The notes beneath the pieces are model-generated. The model saw only the letters and a list, made by a program, of their open reading frames with translations, was not told the origin of the DNA and made no database searches. Of a stretch of DNA of 64,000 bases, positions 10,034-23,858 are shown in pieces (position 1 is the stretch's first letter; each line of letters starts with the position of its first letter). This DNA is from Asterias rubens (Eukaryota), in assembly GCF_902459465.1 (NCBI RefSeq), contig NC_047080.1, positions 2,790,001 to 2,854,000 of the forward strand, in the 5' to 3' direction. The translations under genes and the position numbers were made by a program.

Positions 10034-13000
10034 ATGAACGACCTAAAGACTGCCAAGAAGTCGCTGGCTGACTGCCTTGGAGACGAAATCAAGCAGTAAG
10101 TATTCAGATCATCATAATCATGTGTGGTTGTTCAACATGTTCCTTTGTTCCAGATGATTAAAGTGTTCAAATAAGGCCTGTTTAAAGCAAAATAAAAATG
10201 ACCTGTTTTTGCTATGCAATGTGTGTAGTTTGGCAGGTGTGAAGTAGGACGCCCTCCACGACAAGGATCGAATTTGTCAATGTTTTGATGATTTTTATTG
10301 ACGTTTACAATTAAATTTGTTGTTTTTACTTTTAAACTCCTCTATTGGAAACATTTAGTCCGATCTTTTAATATCCAGCATTAACAATTTATGATGATCC
10401 ATGACTGTTGATTCTTGAAAGATCATTACAACTATGATACGAAATACAAAAACATTGGTTTTGTTTTATTGTATTTTGTTGGTTTAATTGATCTTTCCAA
10501 TAAGTGATCTTTGCACAAGACAAAGCTCCAACAAATGATACAAACGCCAAGCCAACAACCCAACAGCCAACCTGTCTTTAGCAGATCTTGACAAACAGTT
10601 GATTTAACATGACTGAGTGAATTTCATATGTCAATAAATTGTGATTCAGTAATTGTGATTGTGAGTCAGGCCTGATACTTCACGGAGGCAACGGAGGCGA
10701 TTGCCTTCGTTGCCCCTTGCCATTGCCTTGGTGCCCTTGAAATGCTCCAGTAGAAATTTACAATTTCCTCATAGGGTGCCCTTTGCCAAAGAGAAAATGC
10801 CTTGGTGCCCTTGCCTTTTCAAAAACGAAGCATACAGGCCTGGTGAGTTTTGCAATTTTGAAAGAAATAATAGTTTTTCAATGTCAACTTGTCTTTGACA
10901 CAGGTACTGGGCAAACATGAAGTTATGGTACCGACAAAAGGTATGTTTTATATTGAATGATATGTCAACATGTTCAAAGAATACGGTAAAATGGATAATA
11001 AAAAGAAAGCCAGCAAATGTCACACACCATTTCCAGCACATGAGATTTATTATCATTCATAATAATGAGAAATAGCTAGATTTAATAAAGCCTTTTATCT
11101 ATGGGCATCTCAAAGCACTCACTAATGTTTCATTACTGATGGGTTTGTGAGGTTTATGAATTAATAATGCGTTCCATTTCTAACACTTTTTTAAGTTTTG
11201 CAAGTTTTAATAAAGTGCTGCCTAGTTCATCACTTTCACAAATTCTAAGATAACTTATTGAAAGGTTAGAACTTAAAGAGACTACTTGCTATGACATTTG
11301 AAATACTTGTTTTTTCTAGATAACAAAAGATGAATTTGATATGGAGGCCAGGCGACTCTTAAATGACGAAAACAGTAAGTTTCAAAATGAAGGATTTGGG
11401 AGAGGGTTAGTGATCCTGCCAAAGATAAGGACAACACCGTGTTGTAAGTCTAGAACCTTGGCGGGAATGTTACTGTTGGGCGACAGATGAGCAAGTTTCA
11501 AAATCTATGAAGCTGGAGCCACTTTGTTTGAGAACGCTTGATACCGCTTAGCTCAAACAGCTCCCTCAATAGACAAACCAAGCTCTCAAAGTTCGGCCAT
11601 AACAGTTAGGGTTAGGTTAAAGTTCACCATGGATGTTTTTACTAACTCTTGATATCAAAACAATTTTCCAACAGTTCATCTTCACAATGAGTTCCTCGTC
11701 ACCGTGCTGACCAAATGTCAGATACTCAGTGCAGAATCATCAGGTAAGTTATGTCTAAAGTTTAAATGTGTAGTTCAAGTACTTGAAATTATAATACCAT
11801 AGCTAAATCTTGAGCATTTGGAAACACAAGTGAGAGTACTTCTGGGTGACAATGACAAGAACATTTTCACTCGAACGTTGTCGTTACATTCATTCCAATC
11901 TAGTTTTAAAGAACTAACAACTTGTGAAAATCTAGGTAATATTGACGCTTAAAAGAAGATTTTTTAGTCAGATACAGTCCTTTTCAAGACATTTAGCACC
12001 TGAAATCCTAATTCTCTTTTTTTCTTCTTCTTCTTAAAGCAGAATCATCAAAGAATAAGAGCAGTAACAGTTCTAGCGGCAAATCAGGAGAAAAGGCAAA
12101 CAAGAAGAGCAAACCACCCAAGAAGAAGAAAATCATTGTCAGGCCAACATTTGAGGTAGGAGTTCTTATCGAGAGGACTTTTGTAAACATCTTTCAAAAG
12201 TTCATAAAAATTTACACTTAATGAGTCAAGATGTAACGTATTTAACCTAACATGTAATAAAAATGATTTCAGGTTGATCAAAGAAAAATTTACTTATGTG
12301 GGACACCAACCAACGACCTTCAGATCAACGTGCCAGTATTCTACCAACTGAGCTATCTATCTTGGTGGTCACCCTAGTTTGTCAATATCTTGTTCAGGGT
12401 GGCAGTCTGAAGCCTTTCAACTGTTAACCTTGTTGGTTTCCCTTGTGTAATAGTTGATATGAAATAAAAATGTCACAATATTATCTAAATTTTTGCAGAA
12501 TCGCTTTGTGCCGTCTGATCCGATGATGAAGGCTCCTGCAGTAGCCATGCAGGTTGAGGAATCACTCGACTTCTGCGCTCGTAGTTCCTTCTTACCGGAT
12601 GCTGCCATGCTGCACGGCCGAGTGTTTGTGACTGCGTGGGAGTGGGGCATTGACAACGTATCTGGCGCAACGATTCCCTTGATTACACACTCGGTGCAGG
12701 TATGTTAGTCCATGGATCCATTTTGGACAGAACATCAGTCCTGGAATTTCCATAGAGGCCACATCCTCTGTTGCCCTGGTCTTGGCATTGGTGCCCCTTC
12801 AAAAGTTCCAATAGACTTGAATTTTTTCAAATGAAATTATGATTAAGGATTATTTATACAGGGTAGCTCATCAGTGTCAAACACTGTTCTTCCTGGGGAC
12901 CCCCTGCAGAAAAGCAATACACAGAACAAGGGAGACAAACATGAAAGAAAACAACCCATAAAAGCAACAACAGCAATCTGTACAACCGGGAGAGAAAACA

Positions 13001-14558
13001 AAGAAATGGAAGTGCCCTTTGAAAAAAATGAAAATGGCCTTGCCCTCTCATGGATTAAATTCCAGGCCAGGAGTATGGCCAAAAAACATGGTCTATTAAT
13101 ATAAGAAGTTTCTTTCTCTTTTTTACAAACAGCAAGTACTAAAGAATGTGATCAGTGCAGTCATCTCTCGCAGCAGTGCCTACAACGTGCACTCTGGAAA
13201 GTATAAACACAGTATGGGAATCGTCGCGCAGCTACCAGCGCTCCGATGCCAATCAAGAGATCGTATACACCTGGACAAAAGGTACGTATTAGTTGCCTTT
13301 GGGTAAAACAGGATGAGAAGTATAATAGACCACCCAGTCAGGGTGGCTCACTGTCATCATTAGGTTTGCCCATGCTGATTTTACTAAGCATGGATTTTTT
13401 TGCTTAAGCATAAATTTGTGCTTAAGCAGCTCTATGAAATTGGGTCCAGGATTCGACCCACATTCTGATGTTGCAGTCCTCAGAAAATAAATCTGGCACA
13501 ATAGACCCCCTCAGCATCAACACAAATTCAGATTGACATGCGGACTTCATAAAATAATAACCATCGCCATCTTCTCTCTGTCTTAGCTGTAACCCGCCAA
13601 ACATCGATGGAGCATCAGGCCAGTACACTGTCAAGAGACCAGACTCAGAAACCAGTGAACAGTCAGCCGTTATGCAGCAAGCCACGTCTGGTGTCCCGCC
13701 TTCAAAGAAACCCATCACACTGTATGACCTATTGGATGCCTTACAGGTGAACAAGCCCTTTTCTTTTCGAGTTCATAATTTTGCTAGTTATTTATGAATA
13801 AAACTTCACAATTAATAAAATCACAGTCATTTGTTATAAAGTCGAGCATCAGAAATAATGGTACATGCACACCAAACTATTTTAAGACAATACATGAACT
13901 GACAGGCTGTACTGTATTTCATTTCATTTAATTTTAAATACATTTATTTCATGTCAACATCAATCAATACAAAGTGTGATAATATAGACCATATTGAATA
14001 TGACATCATTGTTCAAATATCTGCCCTGTGGCAACATGTCGTCTGTGAGTGTGTGCGTGTATGTGTGCGTGCTTGTGCCATATAAATCAAACTGGGAACG
14101 CTGCGTGCCGCGTGCTTCTTTGATGTACGCGTTTAGATGCGCTTACGGTTTGCTCTACAAGATGGCGACTTTCATAGCAGCAAAAGGGTTATTCAATACG
14201 GTCTATTGCTCAGAAAACATATAATAACTTGTACAAATGAAAACTTGAAGTAGATTGGGAAATCAAGAGACTTCTAAATTTGCTTAGTGGATCAATGGAT
14301 TTCTCATAATTATCTTCACTGCAGCAGAGTTAGATACATTTTGTGTTACCACATACATGTATACCTAGATATTGATAAACCAATTTTTCCGTTACTTGAC
14401 AGGTCCACCGAAGTGTGTTAGCCTCTCACACTGTCAGCTGCACAGCAACTGAGCAGACACTAGTAGGACTTTGGCACCCTGATCATGATGAACTTTACCA
14501 AGATGAGTTGCATCGACAGAGATTACGTCAAGAAGAAAGCGAACTCATGGTGTCATGA
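10034..14558 (+). CDS. TADA1: Transcriptional adapter 1 (SAGA subunit), ~334 aa, 9 exons
   Basis: Exons 10034-10095, 10904-10940, 11320-11374, 11675-11743, 12040(or 12043)-12155, 12499-12699, 13133-13281, 13587-13746, 14403-14558. [97 protein letters not shown] match remembered TADA1. Confidence 0.95.
10667..10842 (+). mobile_element. CAGGCCTG-ended MITE with 6-bp target-site duplication (hAT-like)
   Basis: gtgagt|caggcctg...caggcctg|gtgagt; second copy 28501-28669 with gaaaca TSD; inverted, interrupted copy 21676-22279; fragments ~12760-13040. Confidence 0.85.
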
Positions 14559-15927
14559 ACACATCTGGAGACAGTGAACTTAACTTCTGAACTGACATTA
14601 GGGGTTGAAGTTTTTGTAATTCTTATATAGCTGTTATTTATAGAACAGGTGGTTTGGTTGGCGTAGTGGTAGCCTTCCACCTCCCTGACCAAAGTAGGAA
14701 TGTACATTAATGTACAGATCCTTAAAGGCAGTGGACGCTATTGGTAACTACTCAAAATAATTATTAGCATTAAACCTCACTTGGTAAAGAGTAATGGGGA
14801 GAGGTTGGCAGTATAAAACATTGTGAGAAACGGCTCCCTCTGAAGTGGAGTCATTTTCCACGAATTTGATTTCGAGACCTCAAGTTTAGAACTTGAGGTC
14901 TCGAAATCAACCATCTAAACGCACACAACTTCGTGTGACTAGGGTGTTTTCTTCTTTCATTATTATCTCGCAACTTTGATGACCGATTGAACACAAATTT
15001 TCACAGGTTAGTTATTTTATGCATATGTTGAGATACACCAACTGTGAAGGCTAGTCTTTGACAATTACCAATAGTGTCCACTGCCTTTAATGTTTCAAAT
15101 GTACAAAAAAGTAGCTCTGAATGAGTATAAAATAAAATTACAGTTTACACCATTTTGTCGTCAGGTTTGATACTTGTAAACTATTTAAAAAAAATTCATG
15201 AGGACTTTATGTATTAAAAAAGATTAGTGCATCACAGAACTGAATTTGACCATTGGGTCTTACTAATGTTTACTTCAACATATCCTTATTTAGATCGTTA
15301 TTCAATAAAAAAATAAGTTACTACAAACAAATACAAATTGCGTAAAACTTGTGTTTTTGCTTTTATTGAGTTTGTAGCCATGCAACTGTTAACTTTTATT
15401 TGACACCCCTTATATATATAAATAAGAAGGAAAAAGGGACTTGAACAAAAACTTTTGTAATAGTTTTCTATGAAATTCAAAAAGAAGGGAGAAAAAGAGA
15501 AGAAATCTACTGATTAGATGAACGCTTCCAGTTCGTGGATGAATGGATTTGTGTTTAGATGAGTGGTCATCCGGTCCCTTTTTCACAGATGGCTGCTCAA
15601 GCAAACAGTAGTTCTTTAAAGACCCTTGACACTATTGGTAATTATCAAAGACCAGCCTTCTAACTTGGGTGTATGTCAACGAATGCATAAAATAACAAAC
15701 CTGTGGAAATTTGAGCTCAATTGGTCGTCGAATAGGCAAGATATTATTGAAAGAAAAAACACCTTTGTCTCACGAAGTTGTGTGCGTTCAGATGCTTGAG
15801 TTCGAGTCCTCAAATTATAAATCTATAGTCTCGAAATCAAATTAGGTGAAAATTAATTCTTTCTCGAAAACTATCCACTTCAGAGGGAGCCGTTTCTCAT
15901 ACTGTTTATACTACCAACTTCTCCCCA

Positions 15928-17786
15928 TTACTCGTTACCAATTAATAAGGTTTTATGCCAATAATTATTTTGAGTAATTACCAATAGTGTCCACTGTAGT
16001 AGGATGTCGGTCACAGATAGTACATGTGTTGTGGTATATTGGTTGGGAACCAGTATTCCGACCGGTGAGTACATTTTGTTTTGCTTATCTACTTGTGCTT
16101 GGGTGAGCACTAATAAAAACAAATCACCGCTGAGTTGGTCTTGTTTTATAAAAACAACTTAAAAACACGTTTTGAAGACCAAGCTGAAAATACAGACTCA
16201 GTGCCCATGTGAGACAATACTGTGCGCTCCGGAAACTTTTGCATATGCAAGCGTGTCCGGGGCTATGCAAAACCGTCCGGCGGACATGTACGTGACTGCA
16301 TGAGCGGTGCATGCACAGAACCTACGTATGCAGCATGAATATTCACGTGTTTTATGATTGCAGCGAAATACCCACCGGCCGAACATTTATTATGTCGATC
16401 ATTCATGACATGCACTTAGCTTGTAAAAAAAAATGGCGAAAGTGTTTCGTCGACCAAGTGCGTTTAATTTAGGATAACTTTCCGTATGGCGCCACCACTT
16501 TTTCACACATTTTTACAACAAGGGATATATCAATCAGGTAAATTAGATACTATATTATTTTATTGCGAATGAAAAAGTGGTGGCGCCATACGGAAACTTT
16601 TCCTTAATTTACTGCAAGGACGGTTTTGCACGGGGGCAGACACAACAGCATATGCAAATGTGTCCGTGCGGACACAATTGCATTATGCAGCAGCGTCCGG
16701 ATGGACACGATTGCATATACAAAACCGTCCCGGCGGACAGTATTGCATATAGAGGACATTATTACATGCGACATCCATTGTCAAGCTGCTTCTGCACACA
16801 AAAGGTAAAGTTCATCAAAATTGTGATAATAATCTAGAATAAGGTTACCAACACCACAAAAACCCATTTCGCATTCCTGTACTATCTGAGACTCATCTTC
16901 CTCGGTAGTTTTGCTAAGCAAGAAATTGTCAAGTAATTATTTGTTGGTAGTCACTCTTAAACTTAATGACAATGTTTGGTTAAGAGCCTACAATTTCACT
17001 TTGAAGTAATGTGGCCGCTTGATAATAGAAGTTCCGAATCAGGCCTATTCCTTTTTCCCTATGTTACCTGAAGGAATATCTCATTAGAGTAATACTAGTA
17101 CCAATTTATTTCATAGAAGATGGAAAAGTGGTGGCAGGATACGCGGGACATCCCCACGTATATTATTACACTAGCTGTAAGTAACAACTCCAGCAAACTA
17201 TGTAATTTAAGTTTTTTTTTTAACTGGCTGGGTTAGACTAAATAATTAGCTCCATTCATGGAGGTAAACATATATATCGTGCTCCATTATAGTACAACCA
17301 TCCGCACAGCTCTAGTATGTTTGCAATGTTTTGTACTCCTCCACAAAAACGGTAAACAATGTATCGATACGTGGTCATGTCAAACTACCCTGGTAAATTA
17401 AAACATGAATACTCCTGAAAACGGCTTATTATGATACTTACCGTGTTCGAAACAGTGCGACGGTGTAGGGCATATTAAGCGTGTATGTGTGTGGAATCCA
17501 AGGGTGTGTAATACAGGGTTTTACATTCACAAGAAGAAGCGGCGAGTCCTTTGTGTCAGAAGCTAGTCAGGTGCCGCAGCAGGGCAACATTTTACTACCA
17601 AACGGGATAGCATTTCATAGCAATTATTGTCGCCTTTCGGCTCTAATTCTTACCTGGTTTTGTGTTCAAGATGCGCCACAACCCAGCCAGTAGACGTTGT
17701 GCCAAAAGAATGTCCACATGTGAGGAAACTGTATCCAAAAGAACGCAGTTTTGACGAAACCGTGTAATCAGTTTTGCAGAACACAT
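15928..17786 (-). CDS. Candidate orphan spliced gene, unknown product
   Basis: Four phase-compatible open exons: 17786-17654, 17562-17442, 16913-16849, 16109-15928. Strong donors CAG|GTAAGA and ACG|GTAAGT; CpG-rich promoter-like DNA at ~17800-17890. No family recognised; acceptor of exon 2 is weak; last exon runs into a MITE. Confidence 0.3.
16471..16604. mobile_element. Short hairpin MITE
   Basis: Inverted arms tttccgtatggcgccaccactttttc (16479-16504) and gaaaaagtggtggcgccatacggaaa (16571-16596). Confidence 0.85.
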
Positions 17787-19835
17787 TCACGTGGCAAAAT
17801 TGGTTTCCGCGCTTGCGCGCGCTCCAATGACCAACTGCTAAAAATATCGCCAAAGGCGGGCGCCCTTCAAAATAAATTGGCGGCTACAGCTACATAAGGC
17901 TACGGTTAGACTTCAGCATCATCATGCATTGGAGAACATAATACAGACCTTCCTATTTGCCAAAGGTTGGGAAACTATGAAAAGCCATAACTGCAAAACA
18001 AAAACAGATAGCTACTGTTTGTAACAAATATTCAAACTTGTTGGAAACAAAACAACCAATCATTTGAGGTATTATACAAATGAAAGTTTGCAGAAAATGT
18101 TGTATTTTGGTTAGGAACATATTTTCAACATATAATGTTGTTTTACTAAAACATTAATTTTGGTGGTCCATGCCAAGCGGCGCAGTTTGTTTATCAACAA
18201 TGGAAAGGTCTTTTGACAACAGTAACAACCAGCAACAGTCGTAGCCCTGACCATAACCACCAATTCGGATACAGCCTCGTGACTATTATGAATAAATAAC
18301 AACCCACATAACAGCTGGTTAACAATGGAGACAAATGGGATACTGTTCTAGCTCTATGGTTCTAGTGTGAGCTTATTGAGAGTTCTGTTTTTTAAGGGGT
18401 TGATTCCTGCCGAGAGAGAGCAGGTATGGGGGGCTAGGGATTGACGAACTCCATAATAATTCAAATTCATCACTTCAACACTTCACGTATTTGTTTACTA
18501 TTACCTCATTTAATTGTTTTGAACGTTCCAAAAGTGACACTGCTGCGTTGTTGAAACATATAACACTACAATGAACCATAGTCCTATTTATATGATATAA
18601 CTCCACCCACCATATAGTCACGCTCGCCCACTTCACACAAACTGAGCTCAACAATGACCAGAGGCCCATGTGAAAATGCAATGAGCTCGTTTTTGTATAA
18701 GTGAGAACTGATTGTTTTGACATGGCTTTTACAAATTATTACAATCCCTAAGACTTGGGGTCTTGTCAGTAAGTTTCAGTATAAGATGAAGAGTGATTTT
18801 TGGGTAAAATAACACAAAAACTCCAGCTTTATAGCAGAAGTAGCCAGAACTTGGTGCAAGTAAGATGCACAGGTCTAATGTAGTACCTTGTAAACAGAAT
18901 AATGTACCATGAACGATTCAGGTAACTAACTATTTTTCATATTTCTTCCAACGAGTCAAAATTATTTATATACTGTCACAGTTTAAAGAAATTTTACATA
19001 ACATACACAAATTCCATTTAAAAATGACGCTCAATTGTCTGAGAAAACACACTTCCAATGGTTACGTTTTTCTTTTTGAATGCTTACTTGGGATGTACCT
19101 TTACCAGATAATTCAAACTTTTACTTTTAGTTTATATCGGTAACTAGCCAGCAAGACCAGGGCCCAATTACATGGCTCTGCTTACCGTAAGCACAGAATC
19201 GTCGCTTATGAAATCGGAAGCAAGGAATGCTGTACTTTAATACGGCAAGTATATTTCACAGGTTAGCAGCAAATTTTGGCTTCTGCCCGTGCGTGCTTAC
19301 AAAGGCTTTTGCAGACATTCGACACTTACATGTAAGCGGGGAATTGTGAGCGTAAGCGCTGAATTCGGCGGTAAGCAGAGCCATGAAATTGGGCCCAGGT
19401 ACCTAAGCAGGGATGTCTGTGAACACTGCACTAGCCAGTCGGACCACTTGGAGTAAATTTCGACTGGTCCTCATGTGCAAACATTGAAAAAAGGCCAGTA
19501 CACTTCTTATGCAATACCAACCTGAAACATTACAAATGTGATGTGCTCTTGCAAAATTGGAGGACAAAACATTGACCCCAGTGAGGGCACTGTTTGGACT
19601 CTACGTCATATCTAATGGGCTATTAGATTGGTTGTTTTGGGGCTGAATAGTGTCAATGAGATATAACAGGTTCCATTAGATAACAAATATTATGTGGTTT
19701 TACCCTTACACCAATGTGTGTAAAAAAGCACAGTGTACTCCGTACTTTCCCAGAGTACTGCGTTTCTTTTCCCTCTACTTTTGCAAGAACATATCACAAA
19801 ACAATCTCCAAAAGACAGACAATCTCTTTTTAGTG

Positions 19836-22800
19836 TTAATCTCGTCTGAGTGGGAAGCGCTCTTCCCTCACGCCATCCTTGGTGATCACATTCACGATGA
19901 TACCGTCTCCTGTATAGATGTCTCGCTCAGCGGCCGAGATGAAAACATCCTTCACTAAGGCAACAGCCTTCTCGATGGTGAGGGGAGGAGCTTCGTAACC
20001 TTCTTGATTCTTGCCTCCAATCTTGGAAAAAAGAAAGGGAAACAAATTGTTTTAAAGATAACTTTGACAACTGTCCAAAAATGCAACGTGTGTGGCTCTT
20101 AAAACGACTTATTTATTTGGAGCGCTAAGGTTGCCCAAGTTTTATACTCCCCAGGGAGCTGAGAATGATTAAAGTTGTGTTTTTGGCCAATGTAAAGCGC
20201 ATTGTGACAGTTATTGTAAAATGCGACTTATAAGAACTTGCTTCTACTTATTTGATTGCTGTGCTCTGACAATCAGACTCTCGGATGAGGCAATATGAGG
20301 CAATATGGTTCTCTTCTATGTATGCCACAATGGTTTTTCTTCAAGCCCAACCGTTTTTCTTCCCTTCGGAAAAAAATCAAACACTGTCGATCTCTGGCTG
20401 TGCTGTGGTCATATACGAGTTGATGTGGCTTGCTGCCTAAGCCACCCTTTCAAGCCAGGGGCTCAAACACGATGTGGCCAGCTTCCAGCTGATCAGCTGG
20501 GAGTAAAGATAATACTCCCAATTTAAAATTCTTATCCCTATTATTTTTTATTTTTAGACCAAGTTTACCTGATTGTCTAGCAAGGGCTGTAGGAGTGAGC
20601 TGGATGACCCAGCAGCCCTGTACACTTCTCTCTCGTATGAACCAACAGGATCAAAGCTGTACACACAACCTTTACCTATCAATGCAATCACAAAGAACAT
20701 GCAATTTATATATTCGAATAACAAGTTTTTGTTAGGTTTTTAAGGTTTTAATTACAGAATTTGTAAGGACAGAAACACTATTGTTTTATCAGTTTGAACG
20801 GATTGTTCATACTAGACACATTTTCCTCTGAGATGTACACATGCAAATTAAACAAAACTCAATTGACAGTTTTAAATTTGAAACGAAAGCATACAAAGAA
20901 ATAATAAATAAGGATATCTGGAAAGACATCTGACCATAGAGCATAAAATTGCTCTGTGGACAATCTTCATGTACCATCAAGAATGTTTCAACTTTTTGCA
21001 AAATGTTTACATACACTGCAAGTTTTTTTTACTTCTTATACTGTTGTGGTTGACACATTACTGTAACACCATTTGGTTTGGGTAAATTTGTACGACTGAC
21101 GGAATTCGCCTGACGTTGTCATCAGAATAATCTTGGAACTGTGAGTTATTCAAGGAAGTGCGCATTGCCCCGTGTGACGTGCGTGCAAGGGGTCAATACA
21201 CCCACACATCCTACAGTGCACTCCTATAGTGTCTACCATATCTCAAAAAAAGGCTAAAGCCCGGTTCATACTTCCTGCGAATGCGAACGCGATCAGATTT
21301 TCGTCACAAATTCGCAACGAATTATTCGCAGCAGTTCAACTTTGCTCAACATACTTGCGAATATCGCTGCGAAAGGAGGGTTGTGACGTCAAATTCGCAT
21401 TCGCATTTGCAGGAGATATGAACCGGGCTTCATGGAGTCATCCAACTGTCACTTTGATGTACTAACCTTCCTCGTCCAGACCGGCCAGGACATTGTAAGT
21501 GTAGTAAGGGAAGAAGCGTCTATAGTATAGGATGGATGACAGCATAGAGGCTATGGCCTTACAGCTCATCTTCTTGTGGTTGTCATGCTCATACATCTAC
21601 AGGAAAGAAAAAAAAAAACATAATTTACAACAAGTTTGTTTCAAAGTGTTTTGGTCTCCATGAGCGTGAGGTGTCCAGGGCCCAATTTCATAGAGCTGCT
21701 TAGCACAAAAATTTGCTTAGCATGAAATTTCTTCCTTGATAAAAAAAGGATTACACACCAAATTTATATTTGCTGCATATTGCTTGTTGTTACAGGTATT
21801 CAGCTGTTGTTTGCTTATCCTGAAAATCACTCAGAAATTTGGTTGGTAATTCTGTTTTTATCAAGGCAAAAAACTGCATGCTAAGCAAATTTTTGTGCTT
21901 AGCAGCTCTATGAAATTGGGCCCAGGCCTTTATGCTTTGTTTTTGAAAGGGCAAGGGCACCAAGGTATTTTCTCCTTGGTAATAATAATAATAATAGTGG
22001 CTTCTTACATGGCGCGCGTGTCCGTCTATCAGTGACGCTTCTGGAGCTGTAACACACAGTATTTCCTGCAAGATGTGGTACTACGTTTGAATTTCCAGAC
22101 CTAATCCTTTTTATAGCACCGTGTAATGTTTTACAAAGTGCTGTGGCACAATTTGCTGCCGATCAGGGCACCCAGTGAGGGAATTGTAAATTTCTACTGT
22201 AGTATGTCAAGGGCACCAAGGCAAGACCCGGGGGCATGGAGGCAATCATCTTCATTGGCTCTGTGAAGTATCACGCCTGTGTGTCAAACTGTGGCCAGGG
22301 CACAATTGCAAAGAGCTACTTAAAGGTAGGGTCATAGACTGGTAATCAGTAAAAACTGAACTAAAAAAGCGACCACAAAAATTTACTAGGTAAAGAGCCA
22401 CAGCTACAGCAACAGCCTTAGCAACAGTTGTAGCTATGCTATGCAATCAATTCGAGTACAGCCTTCACAGGGTCGAACTCATACCTTAAGTCTGGCCTCC
22501 AGAACTTTAGACAATGTAAGCACATCTCCATGAAAACCACAACTTGCTAAAACAGTGGAGTCAGTTCTGCAAAAAGAAAGAATCTTTCAAATCAGTCAAA
22601 CTAAAATTAAATGGAAGACTTCATTAAACTATTACATCATGAATTTAACAAATTGGTCACACAAATTTCTTTTAAAAATATTGTTCGATTAAGATCATTA
22701 GTAAACCCCTTATTCCCCCCCCCCCCAAGAGGTCACCTGTAGGCAAGTCAACCTAGGGAGCAAGGATTGAAAAATAATCAACGCATGATCATTATTGTCT

Positions 22801-23858
22801 ACTTACAAATTATAGGTTTTAGGGAGATCTCTACTGTGAATGGAGAATCCTTCGCTCAATCTTGTGTCGGAAGCGATGACAGCAAAATCATCACCAGAAA
22901 CGGCCAAGACAGTCCTGTTTCAGTTAAAGAAATCGATAACATTGTTATAATGTATGTTATGAGTATAATTTATACTCGGTGGCAATCTGTACGGAAGGCA
23001 GAAGTACTTTTTGGTAAAAAAAATCAAGAGGTAATGAATGAGTGAAACTGTGTCAATTAATCAAAGTTCTATCTTATGCAGATAATAATTATGCCTCTTA
23101 AACTAAGGTAGTTACTGAGGTTATAGATTTTTTTTTTTTTCAACAGAACGCTGATTTTATTATTAATAAGCAGAACTGTCAAGACAGATACAATATTATA
23201 TTATAAAAGTAATCAGTGAAACATTCAGGAGAATACAGTGTGGCTTGCTAAGAAAACAACAAAAACAGCCATTATTTTCACAAAACAGTCAAAACCATCC
23301 CGCCACATAAATTATATCTGTCCTTTGGCTCTGTCCATTATTTAACAGCAGTGGTCAGCCACCAACGTGGGCAGGTTCTGTCCCTCCAATGATTCTCTCC
23401 CTTTCGTTTGTACACAATTCTTCTTCTTATCTAAGTATCCGAGTCTGACTGACGATAATGATCGATACATACATAGATAAGATAGGGCTAGAAATATAGC
23501 GCCCTCTCCTCTTTTCTTTAGTTAGAAATAGAATCAATTTCAAACTTCTTCAGTTCAGCGCATGTTAATTTCCCAGTTCCCTGTGTGACTGTAATTGACA
23601 CAGGCTCCGGACACACACTATTCCCTAAATAGACATATTAGTTTTGTATTAGCTTTTACGAATTCTATCTACCATTGTTGTTATACTAACCAACAATCAA
23701 ACAGCGCCCTCTTGTGTTGAGGGCAGTTCCACTCATAAAATAATCTTGTTTCTACACTATCCGATTTCTTACCCTCCGTTCATGGAGTATGGGCTGAAAT
23801 ATCGCTGCTGAGGGTTCCCCAAAGATGCGTGTGGTGCAGGATCCATTGCTAGCTCCAT
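19836..23858 (-). CDS. PSMB1: Proteasome subunit beta type-1 (beta6), ~232 aa, 6 exons
   Basis: Exons 23858-23773, 22914-22807, 22566-22485, 21596-21467, 20675-20569, 20021-19836. [98 protein letters not shown]...LRRD*. Confidence 0.97.
21254..21430. mobile_element. Hairpin MITE in PSMB1 intron
   Basis: aagcccggttcatacttcctgcgaatgcgaa ... ttcgcattcgcatttgcaggagatatgaaccgggctt inverted termini. Confidence 0.8.
21679..21922. mobile_element. GGCCCAATTTCATAGAGCTGC-ended palindromic MITE with CAG (CWG) TSD (PIF/Harbinger-like)
   Basis: cag|ggcccaatttcatagagctgc...gcagctctatgaaattgggcc|cag; further copies ~19219-19396, 34910-35152, 54575-54814, 55194-56221, ~60296-60520, ~62990-63200, ~63328 onward. 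Confidence 0.85.

Noticed and set aside
11605-11619. Interstitial telomeric repeat (gttagggttaggtta)
   Set aside because: Fewer than three units; not distinguishable from chance.
17117-17176. Isolated 60-nt plus-strand exon-like segment with good splice sites
   Set aside because: Could not be joined into a convincing plus-strand gene, and it lies antisense within the better-supported minus-strand candidate.
18475-18723. 82-aa minus-strand ORF with good Kozak context
   Set aside because: No recognisable domain or linked splice structure; this length is expected by chance.
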